Part shown: positions 23,501 through 35,500 of the stretch, one piece after another
How positions within the stretch are numbered: the first letter of the stretch is position 1
Layout: every line of letters starts with the position of its first letter
DNA from: Chrysemys picta bellii
Lineage: Eukaryota
Length of the DNA: 64,000 nucleotides
Direction of reading: 5' to 3'
Assembly: GCF_011386835.1 (NCBI RefSeq)
Contig: NC_088793.1
Coordinates: forward strand, 41,044,001 to 41,108,000
Notes under the pieces: model-generated
What the model saw: only the letters and a program-made list of their open reading frames with translations
What the model was told of the DNA's origin: nothing
Database searches by the model: none
Position numbers and translations under genes: made by a program

Positions 23501-26500
23501 CATAATTCAGCTTGCAGTAGCCAGAAAATGGGTTTCCATTGATAATGGGAAACTGTAATCACAGGTATTTTCCTCAATGACTTTTTTTCTCTTTCCTATT
23601 GCTTCCATCTTTCAGGACAGGTGAATGGTAGACAAAGAGGAGAGAGAGAGAACAGCAACAACAACAAAAAACCCTCTAGCTGCATCCTTGGCCATGTTGC
23701 CAGAATACTTAAATGATCAAGAGTAATAAAAATGCTCAGTTTCTTAGTCTAATTTTTCACTAGGAGGATATCTTCAAGTTGGCTAACTCCAGAAAATGGT
23801 TTATATACTCCCGTGTTTTTGCTGATCTACAGATTTGCATGTTTGTGTTCTTTCCTTCTTGAGATAGATGAACTTTCAAATATTTGTTTCAAGTAGCAAA
23901 TATAGTTGTTTTTACTTGATTTCTAGGTGTCAGATTTAGTAATAATACTGAACCATGAAAGAGCAGTTGAAGCTTTTGCAAAAGGTGGCAATCTTACACT
24001 TGGAGGAAATTTTACAGTGGCAATTGGGCCTTTGGGAAGGTGAGTAGCATTAAAATATAAAATTCAAGTAACGTGTTTTAAATGTATGTATTAACAAAAA
24101 AGTACTTCCATAATCCTATTTAAAATATACTTGTAAATTTTATTTAGTGTATTCTAACAAACTGCTCAATAATTTTGTGGAAAACCTATCGTTCGCTTGG
24201 CCAGTGTTGTCTTCATAGTATTATGCCACTTTAATTGGATACAGATTGTGCGGTCTCAGTCAAGTCTTGTCTTTCTCTCAACCAAGCCTATAAAAAGCAA
24301 TGGGAAAGAGGAAGCCTAATAGAAGTTCAGTCTAGCTTAGATGGAGATTGTTTGTAAGTAGAAAGAAGAATTGATTGCCTCTTTCTGTGTATGATTGAGA
24401 AAGATGAAATCAGCTAGGTTCAGAAAGGCCCTAGAATTTGAACATCTTGGAACTAATCCAGGAAGTTCTTAGTGGAGGGCCCTGAGTTCTATGATTAGAT
24501 TACCTTGTTGGTCTATCAGACCCCAAGTTTGTTAGCCTTGAGCCAATTTAAGACTCCTCTTTTTCACTCAGTCTTTTGCTTGAGAGAAATGACTGTGGAG
24601 AACATTCTAACTTTTATTCTGGTGTGGTCATTTGTTTGGGTTGACCAATTGTTTGACTGTTTTAAAGTCGCCAAAAAAATTCTGTCAAACCCATTTTTTG
24701 ACAGAAAATTGGGTATTGATTAAATGATTTTTGTGAAAAGTGTCTGCTTTCCACAGATTTTTGGTCAAAAAAACAAATAACCATAAACTGAAGAAAAAAA
24801 ATTGGGGCCAAACTAAAAAACTTTGATTCAGTTGTGCTTTGCTGCCTCATGGAAGTTGTAGTTCTGTTGCATCAAGTCCCCATTCTCCTCTTTGGGCCAG
24901 GTTCCACAGCTGAATGTCATTTCTCATAATGTACCACAGCCTTGAGACTCCCATGATGCACCACCCCCAAAGAGGGGAGAGAGTGGTGCATCATGAGAGT
25001 TGGAGTCCAGCCAGGAAACCCAACCTATAGAAAAGAATGAGAGTATAAGGCACCTGAACTACAGCTCCCATGAGACACCACTGCAGCATTTCCGCATAAA
25101 AAAATTTTTGGTTTTCACTCAAATATTTCACGAAAGTCAGTTTTTTCCAGGGGAAAAAAACATTTTCTGACTTTTTTTTTTTTTTAAACATCTCTACGCA
25201 GAGGTTGTATGATACACATTTCAGTATGAAATTAATACATAATACAATGTTCCTGGAGCTGTACTGGCATGAAGTGATGATGCTGATACAAAAAGATTTA
25301 TTATAGCAAGTCATTGTATACAGTAAGTTGTATTTTTAAAATCAGTTGTATTTTATTTTGCAGTATAAGAATGAAAAGAATTTACCAAAGGGAAAGGATA
25401 ATAGAGTTTTTGGGGGGATCTTTAAAAGCCTGTTACAGAGCACTTTTTATAATGGAAACAACTATTTTAAACAACATCACATTTTTTATTCCAAATATTG
25501 ACTGAGACTCTCTTCATACTAGAAGTTAATATAGGGAATATTTTGTCATTTCCTTGTTTGATTTTGCTATTTCCTTGTTTGTTTACTGGATTTAACAATT
25601 AATATTAATCATAAATATGTCCTGTAGCATGTTAGATTTTCCCCATGGCTAGGTTGTTAAATCAGAATGCAATTCATATTTTGATAACAGATGAGGGTTA
25701 TATTTTTTTATGGTTATAAATGTCATACTGTAATGTAACTTAAAGACTAACTTTATATTTTGCCAGCTCCTACCTGTTCATTCACAAACACAAGTCTTGG
25801 GATTGCAGCAGTGGTTGCATACCAAGATCTCATGCAAAACTGAGTTTCTGCATGTAATGTATTCTTTCCTTTACCCGAGGAGCTAGATAGGGTGCCATTC
25901 CATCCCGTACTCTTAATATGTATAGGAACACATAGCATTCAATCTCCTACTTATTATTTTACATTGCTTAGAGATGTATTAGGTACCTGCCCTAGATAGC
26001 TTGGATTATTTATGCATATGCTGTGATAAAGGAGCAATAGCACAATGCTCAGGGTTTGGATAGAGGAGAAAAGACTAGGGTCCCAGGAAAAAGCATATGT
26101 GGTTATTTAGGAAAGGCATGTGTACACATGGCTGACTGAATAACTTCTTGTGTAGGTTTAATAAATATGAATATCAAAGAAATACTTTGCAATAAGAAAA
26201 ATATCTTGGTACACTGACTTTTTGTGAGCATCTATATTGGAGACCAAAGTGAGACCTCCCTTTGAAGTCCGGCATTACAACTTTTCACTTCTGACATTTA
26301 AGAGTAGTGCACTTAATTGCAGTAAAAATTTAGAACTCTTGCTTTGCCCTTGATTCTGCCATATGCTTAGAATAATTCCATATGTGATATCTGACCACAC
26401 CCTCTAGTTGGTCATACCCTGGTTTTGGCCAGTTATAGGTTATGGCACTGAATCTGGCAGGGCAGTTTTCTTTAAAAATAAATAAATCTGATACCCTTCT

Positions 26501-29500
26501 TCTGAACATAATAGCAGAAGTCAGTTTTAAGGATGGATTTCAATGAGGAGGCTTAGTAGACCAGCTCAGGAAGAGCTGTTCCATTTGAGATGACAGCATT
26601 AGAAAAATATGAAAATGATTGTGGGAGGAACAAACAGGGCATCAAGACAGAATGTGGAGAGGTAAATAGTGGTGTCCTCCAGGGGTCTGTACTAGGAGTC
26701 TGTATTAGGACCAATGCTATTCAACATATTGATAAATGATCTGGAAAAGTGGCAAATTTTGCAAAGTTACTCAAACTAGTTAAGTCCAAAACAGACTGTC
26801 AAGAGTTACAAAGGGACCTTACAAAACTGGGTGACTGGGCAGCAAAATGGCAGATGAAATTTAATGTTGATAAATACAAAGTAATGCGCATTGAAAAACG
26901 TAATCCCAACTGTACATACAAAATGATGGGTTCTAGATTACCTGTTCCCACTCAAGAAAGAGATCTTGGAGTCACTGTGGATAGTTCTCTGAAAACATCC
27001 ACTCAATGTGCAGTGGCAGTAAAAACTAACAAAATGTTAGGAACCACTAAGAAAGGGATAGATAACACTGCTCTACAGCCAAAATGCTTCTGAAATAAAT
27101 GCAGTCAAACTTTACTAATTCTGGGTCACTGAGAATGAAAATGATGCTTAAAATTGTTTGGCTCTAGTTTTCAAGATATGCTATTCGGTCAGTATATACG
27201 ACCCTTGACTTTGGAATGGCGGAGGATAAGTGAGTTATAAAGGGAAGGGATCTCAATTTAAACCAGAAATGACTAAAATACATCTTTGACTGGATCTATG
27301 AATAAATCTATGACTGGGTTTGGACAGTACTTGCTTTTTAGGCAAAACAATGAATGATGCAATCTGAAGCTGGTATTGCGTCATACATGATATGGATTGC
27401 ATCATGTTATTCCTAGAAGTCATGGATGATGCAATCATAACGAAGCTTACGTCACTCTGCTGAACAAATTGCCCTGTATCAGCTCTAGAAATCAGACAGT
27501 GTCGTGCTCTGTTATTTGTCAGTGTTTGATTTTGCAAAGGGACACATTTTTGTTTAGCCAAAGTGAGCAGAGATGCCTCGTACTTGTGTGAACAGTGCAG
27601 ATAACTTCTGCTATGTTTGTGGTGAAGTGACTTTTGCATCACAAGAGTGCAGTATAACCACTATGGTTAAGAAAGCCTATCACCTTTATTTTGGCTACAA
27701 AATTGGAGATCAGGACAAGAGGTGGGCCCCACACATATGCTGCAACACTTGTGCAACAAATCTTCGCCAGTGGTTGAACAGGAAAAGGAAATCTATGCCT
27801 TTTGCAGTGCCAATGATTTGGAGAGAGCCAACAGATCATCCGAGCAATTGTTACTTCTGCATGGTGCCTCCAGTTGGGAAAGGTGTGTCAAAGAAGAAAA
27901 AGTGGACTGTGCATTATCCAAACATTCCATCAGCTATACGCCCAGTACCCCACAGAGAAGGACTGCCGGTTCCTGATGCACCAGAATCATTCTCACTTGA
28001 GTCAGACGAGGAAGAGGATGAAACTTCTGGTCCTGAACCATCAATGTCACAGGACCCACATTTTCTCCCATCCTCCTCCTCTGAACCACACCTCATAACA
28101 CAAGGTGAACTGAATGACCTTGTCAGGGATTTGGACAGTAAGGCAGAGCTGTTGGGCTCCAGACTACAGCAGTGGAATCTCCTGGCAGGTGATGTTAGGG
28201 TTTCCATGTTCCGGGACCGTCAAAAGGATCTTGTCCCATTCTTTTTCATGGAAGGTGATCTTGTAGCCTGCCACAACATCGATGGTGTGATGGCAGCCCT
28301 CAACATTGTTCACGATCCAGATGAGTGGAGACTGTTCATTGATTCATCGAAGACGAGTCTTAAAGCTGTTTTACTGCATAATGGCAATGTTTGGCATCAA
28401 TTCCAGTTGGTCATGCAATCCATATGAAGGAAACCTATGACAGCATGAAACAACTTTTGAGGTGCATAAACTATGACCAACATCAGTGGCAGCTTTGTGG
28501 CAATTTGAAGGTTGTTGCTCTCTTGCTTGGTCTGCAGACTGGATACACAAAGTACTGCTGTTTTCTCTGCGAATGGGATAGTCGTGCAAGAGATTCCCAC
28601 TACATCAAGAAAGATTGGCCACTCCGACAGTCATTGGAGCCTGGGAGGAAAAGTGTTCAGCATCCACCACTTGTTGAATCAAGGAAGATTTTGTTACCAT
28701 CCTTACACATCAAGCTGGGTCTGATGAAGAACTTTGTCAAGGCCATTGACAAAACACAAGCAGCTTTCAAGTACCTCCATGGAAAATTTCCAAGGTTAAG
28801 TGAAGCTAAGATAAAGGAAGGTGGCTTTGTTGGTCCTCAGATTCATGAACTTCTTCGAGATGATGCATTTGACCATGCACTGCGTGGCAAGGAAAAGACG
28901 GCATGGAAAGCCTTCCAGTTAGTGGCAATAAATTTTCTCGGAAACAACAAGGCAGACAACTACAGGTTGTTGGTGGAAAACCTCCTCGAGGCATACAAAA
29001 GCCTTGGTTGCAACATGTCACTAAAGATACAGTTTTTGCACTCTCATCTAGATTTTTTTCCACCGAACTGCGGAGCAGTGAGCGACGAGCACGGCGAGCG
29101 ATTTCACCAGGACATTGCAACAATGGAGAAACGCTATCAGGACAAATGGAGCCCATCAAGGTTTGCAGACTATTGCTAGACAGTGACAAGAGATGCTCCG
29201 TTTAATGAATACAAGAGACAAGCCAAGAAGCGCCGAGTAGACACTGAATAGGACTAAACTATGTACATAATAGTTTTTTGCCCTTTGTTTCATAATAAAT
29301 TTTATTTATATAACCCTTTTGCAGATTTTTAAAGTGTTACATAAATAGGGCAGGTGAAATATTATCATGTAAAGCAACCATAAGCACATGAAAAGACCTA
29401 GGTTTACAATTTATGGTTAAAACTTTACTATCTACACAATATACATAGACATAAAATGTAAAAACTTAAATATCTTAGAAACCGTAGCCAATCAGTTGTT

Positions 29501-32500
29501 TTAATTGACATATTTGAATTCAGCACATCAAAATACATAATAAATAGCACATTTTATCTCTGACGCAGACGACTTCTCAAAAATTGTAGACCAGTGTAAT
29601 CAGACAAAAAATATCATAATGCCGCTATATAAATTGATGGTACGCCCACATCTTGAATACTGCATGCAGATGTCGTCACCTCATCTCAAAAAAGATATAT
29701 TGGAATTGGAAAAGGTGCAGAGAAGGACAACAAAAATGTTTAGGGTCATGGAACAGCTTCTGTATGAGCAGAGATTAAAAGGACTAGGATTTTTCAGCTT
29801 GGAAAAGAAATGACGAAGGGGGGGATATGATAAACGCATATAAAATCTTGACTGGTGTAGTGAAAGTGAATAAGGAAATGTTATTTACTCCTTCACATAA
29901 CACAAGAACTAGGGGTCACTAAATGAAATTGGTAGGAGGTTTAAAACAAACCAAAGGAAGTACTTCGTCACACAACATTGTCGAAAAAAAAATAGATAAG
30001 TTAATGGAGGATAGGTCCATCAATAGGTGTTAGCCTGGATGGGCAGGGATGCAACACCATGCTCTAAGTGTCTCTAGCCTCTGTTTGCCAGAAGCTGGGA
30101 GTGGTTAGCAAGGGTTTTTGTTTTTTTCTGTGTGTTTCTAAAATGTATTACAGTGTTTCCAAGGGTTTTAACACAAGTCTCATAATATTTTCTGCGGGGT
30201 GGGGGGAATCATAAAGTTCCTGCTCCTGGAATCATGTATACATGAGAATTTTGCCCTTCATTTTAAAGACAAAATAGCCCTCATGGTTGCAAAGAAAAGC
30301 TCGAAATCATGAACTCTGAGGGCTTAAAAACCAGAAGGCAAATAAAAAGACCCCCAAATCATAACCTGTAAAGTCTCATGATATTTTAAGCTAAATTCAT
30401 TTGTGGGAAAGCTAGACTTCAATTTTATGATTTTTTAATTCTTTGGATTGGCACTGCTATTATCTGCCCATTTAGTGCCTTGACATAGGCTATATTTGCT
30501 TTAGTGGAGAGATTCTTTGGAATTACTCTTTTTATTCTGTAACACAAAGGCATCTACAATATACAAATTAAAAAAGTTTAAAATCAGAAATAGGTGAACT
30601 AGAATGCCTTGCAATGAATTAGGACCTTTATGTAATAGACATTATTGATCCTTGGTGAAATGACAAAAACAAACAAAAAAACAATGGAATACAATAATAC
30701 CTGATTACAAACTATACTGGAAAGATAGACTAGGCTGTAGAGGTAGGATAGTAGCACTGTTTCTAAAGGATTCCATTTAATTTAGCCAGATGAAAATTCT
30801 GAATGGAGAGAACCACCCAGTAGAATGGATACAAATCCCAAAATGAAAGATTGTGTATATTAATAGGGCTATACTACCAGTCTCGGGACCAAGAATGAAA
30901 TAGAGTGTGCAGAATGTTGAGTAAGATCAATGAGGCAGCCAAAATCTAACAAAAGTATGGTAATGGAGGATTTTCAATGATCCCCATATAAAATGACACA
31001 ACAGGACAAAGTTGAGAGAAAAGTCTGAACGCTTTAGGTAGTTGTTTCTTGAAACAACTACTTCTCGAACATGCAAGAGGAGCAATTTTTGACTTAATCG
31101 TAAGTAATACACAGGAGCTAATTCAAGAAGTGACATTAGCTGAGCCACTGAGCTATAATGACCATGACAAAATTAGGTTCAGCATCCAAAGTGTGACGTT
31201 TCATTCCATATGATTTTTGAAAATATGCTACTGGGTGTGAATACTGTATAATGTAAATGGAATATGCTTCATGCAAAAGATCTGTTGTAAGGAATCATTA
31301 CAAAGCTTATAATCTACTGAGTGTGGGCATCCAATTTGTATCAATGTATCATTCTTGTATCTGAAACTAGAAATATGAAATATAACTCTGAGGTCCTATT
31401 GTAATTATGCAAAGTGTGGGCCATTAATGGTGGTTTGGAATCCTGATGGCTCCCATCAACTAGGACAATTGGTTGTAAATAGCTCTGTTTACTTGCAAGC
31501 CTTTCTGTGAGTCAAGCCAGGAAGAATGAAGGTTTGGGGTCTCCCAGGACATGTGACCATGTCACCTGGTACTGCAATCCATCTTAAATCAGATTCTTTT
31601 CCATTTAGAAGGAGGGGTGGGGACCCAGAGAGACAAAAGATTCCCGACTTGTGCCAAAGCTATATAGGGAGTGGAACAGAACAAAGGGGCTGCAATCATG
31701 AGAAATCCCCTAGCTATCACCTGAGCTGGAACAAGGACTCTACCAGGGGAAAGGATTGGGCCCAGACTAGAAAGGAGTCTAGTCTGTGAAAGATGCTTAT
31801 TGGAACATCTTTGAGAGTGAGATTTTATCTGAAATCAGTTTCTTAATGTATTCGACTTAGACTTGCGTGTTTTTGTTTTATTTTGCTTGGTAACTTACTT
31901 TGTTCTGTCTGTTGTTACTTGGAACCACTTAAATCCTATTTTTTATAAAATCACTTTTTGCTTATTAATTGACCCAGAGTAAGTAAGTAATTCCTGGGGG
32001 AGCAAACAACTGTGCACGTCTCTCTATCAGTGTTATAGAGGGCGGACAATTTATGAGCTTACCCTGTATAAGCTTTATACAGAGTAAAACAGATTTATTT
32101 GGGGTTTGAACCCCATTGGGAGTTGGGTATCTGGGTGCTGGAGACAGGAGCACTTCTTAAGCTGTTTTCAGGTAAGCCTGCAGCTTGTAGGGGACATGGT
32201 TCAGGCTTGGATCTGTGTTTGCAGCAGGCAAGCATGCCTGGCTGAACAAGACAGGGTACTGAAGTCCCAAGTTGCCAGGGAAAACGGGCTCAGTGGTAGT
32301 CCCAGCACATCAGGTGTCAGTCCCAAGGCGGTTTCTCTGACCCAACCTATCACAGGGAGATTGAAATGAAATGAGAATGTTAGTCAAAAAGGCGCTAAAC
32401 CTAAAAGTAAAGAAAGTCAAGTTCCTAGAGGTGGCATGGATGGTACTAAAAACACAATAAGAGTCTCAGCTTATCTTCACTACAACAGTTAGATCAAGTT

Positions 32501-35500
32501 TATTTACCTGAGTTCCTCCTTTCCCTGCTGTTTCACCAACAAAAAGAGCAGTGTAGACATGAGAGGCACTGCATGGACATATATATCCTGGGTATTTACA
32601 TGTGTAGGGCACTCTGCTCTACCTGCATAAGTCATGCCTCACCATCAACACTGATATTTATACCCGTGCTAGCTGGGTGTTAGTGTCTGTACTTTACATG
32701 CCCCCACACTTGTAGACTTGCCTTCTGAAACAACACACTTTAGCTACACAAAATGATTAGATTAGCAGAGGGAATGGACTAACACCTGATGAGTTGTTGT
32801 GACTTCAGCTGCTGCATTGCCATTGTGTTACTAGCTTGAGCAGCATGCGAGCTTCAACCCTCACCCCCTGACAGAGCAGCTAGCTCAAGTTTAAACCACC
32901 ACCTAACTTGAGCTAGAGATGTTTTTGTGTGGATGAGAGTCATGTTGGGGGGGAAACTTGAGCTATACCCTGAGCTAACTCTAAAGTGAAGACAAGCACT
33001 CAGAAGACATGCATGCTGTTGAACTAAAAGACAGTGTAAGGCAAGGAGTTTAAACTAATGTGACTTCATTGCAAGGTTTGAGAATCTCTTCAAACAGAAA
33101 TCCTTCAAAATCTGGAAATCTGACCCTAGTAAAGTTAATATACAGGAGCATAAATTATAGCAGGCAGTAAATACATGGGGAAATTGGAAGGCCAAAATGG
33201 ATTTCAAAGAGCAAATAGCTAAAGTTTGTACAAACAAATGAGACTGCAACCCTGTCTCATGCTGACCAATGTTATTTTGTCTCCTTGTACTCCTCTGTCC
33301 ATTTGTTTGTATCCACCTGTTGTCTCTTGTCTTACGCATAGATTGTAAACCTCTTGGGGCAGGGATCTTTTTGTTCTGCTTATACAGGGCCTTGTACAGT
33401 GGGGTCCTGGTCCATGACTGGGGCTGCTAAGTGCTACAATAATACAAATAATAAATAATGTAATAAATATTGAAGGAGAAAATCTAAACTACTCATACAC
33501 ATTAACAGAGTTCTGAATTTACTGTATCAATCCAGGAAAGGAACACGGGCATCATTGTTGACAGCTCAGTGAAGACCTCTGCTTAATGTGCAGCTGTGGT
33601 CTGAAAAGCAAACAAGATGCTTGGTCGTATGGGGAATGGGATGATGAATAATACAGAGAATATTCTAATGCCATGTCACCTGAAATACTGTTTACCGTAC
33701 TGATCACCCGAGCTCAAAAAGGATACTACAGAACTAGAGGGGTTCAGAAAAGAGCAACAAGAATGATCAAGGGCATAAAAAGAGCTCTTATAGGACGAGA
33801 GACTTAAAACACTGGTTTGCTTACCTTAGAAAGGAGGTGAATAAGAGGGAACATAGTAGAAGTATATAAAATAATGAATGGTAGAGAGAAGATAGAGCAG
33901 GATTTTTTGTTTAACTTGTCTGATTACACAAAAACAAAGGGATATTCAATAAAATTAAAAGGTGAGAAATTCAAAACTGGTAAGTTTTTTTTCATACATT
34001 AACATGTAATTAAACTGTGGAAATCACGGCTTTACAAAGTTGTTCAAGTCAAAAACTTAATCCAATTAAAAAAGAATTGGATATTTTTAATGGATATCAA
34101 GAATATCCAAAGTCGCCTTATTAATGTTAGCAAATTTTGGGGAAGAGATGTTAAACCTCATGCCTCAGGGCTTAAGTGATTTTTAAATATTAGAGACTCA
34201 GTTGAGACCTAATTTGGGGGGCATATTATTCCAGATTTGCCTGTTGCAGGGTTCTTACACCTTCCGCTGAAGCATCTGGTACTGGCCACTGCTGGAGACA
34301 GGATACTGGATTAGATGGACCTTGGACCAGAGACAGTATGGCATTCCTATGTATCTATGTACTCCCTTGCAAAGCAAAATTCCTGCTTACTGCTCTGCTT
34401 CCCAGCATAGCAAAAGAAAATTGATATCAATGTTGTATGCCAACAGTCTAAAGATCAGTGTTCTAGAAAACTGCAGTTCAAACAATGTATATATGGAAAA
34501 TAGCTATTTTAGCTTTAAAATAGAAGTAGTATAAGGCATTGAGTTGTCTGACAATATTTTAAAAACACATCAATTTAAATTTATATTGCATTGGCATACT
34601 TTTTTTTTTTAAATCTTCAATGGAAATAATAGGATTGATCAGAGGGAAAAGGAACAGATAGACATGAAGTAAAGGCTATTTACAACCTATAGGTAAAAAA
34701 TACTTAAATTACAGGTGAACACGTGGCTGCAGCTTAAATATGCAAATCTATATTTTAAAAAGGAAAATGGCCATCTTTCTGTACAATTTTATCACATTTC
34801 CAAAATGGCTCTTTATTTCATTGTCTAAGTGACTGGATAATTTAATTACTGTTTTATTTCCCTACGCATGGTACTTCTCACCCATAGTGCACTTTTACTT
34901 TTTACTCCATCTCAAAATCCAGATGTGGAAAATAAGCAAGGAATGCATTTGTTCAGTTGTAGCAAAAAAAGAAGCAAAGTAATCGGACAATAAGTAATGC
35001 AGATTGTCAGAAATAATTTGATCATCGTGCCAGCGAATTGTAAAATTTAGAATGAGCAATTGTCAATTGCTGTTCATGTTACAATAGCATGTTGATAAGA
35101 GCCATGCAAACCTTTTTCTTTTTTGCAGAAATTTAGAAGGTGATGTTGCCGTACGAAGCTCGGCTGCTGTCTATACATACTGCAAATCGCGAGGGTTGTT
35201 TGCAGGGGTATCTTTAGAAGGAACATGTTTAATTGAAAGGAAAGAAACTAATCGCAAGTAAGTCCGTTTCAAAATCATAGAATCATAGCGTTAGAAGGGA
35301 TCACAAGGGTCATCTAGTCTAATTGCCTGCCAAGATGGGGGATTTGTTGTGTCTAAATTGTCCAAGACAGATGGCTATGCAGCCTCCTTGTGAAAACCTC
35401 CAGTGAAGAAGCTTCCACAACCTCCCGAGGCAGTCTGTTCCATTGTCCTACTGTTATTACAGTTACGAAATTTTTTCTGAGATTTAATCTATTTTATTCA

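Larger units (their letters stand above)
26640..30110 (+). mobile_element. CR1 LINE 3' part, interrupted by the Chapaev3 element
   Basis: ORF 26749-27093 (QRDLTKLGDWAAKWQMKFNVDK..ERDLGV) and ORF 29619-29813 (MPLYKLMVRPHLEYC..LEKVQRRTTKM) join across the insertion as KGIDN|QTKNII. Confidence 0.93.

Noticed and set aside
25760-25915. Possible second copy of the 6048-6236 element (shared GTLSSSSG / WY.ATT in - strand translations)
   Set aside because: Nucleotide similarity is short and patchy, with no tRNA boxes, termini or TSD.
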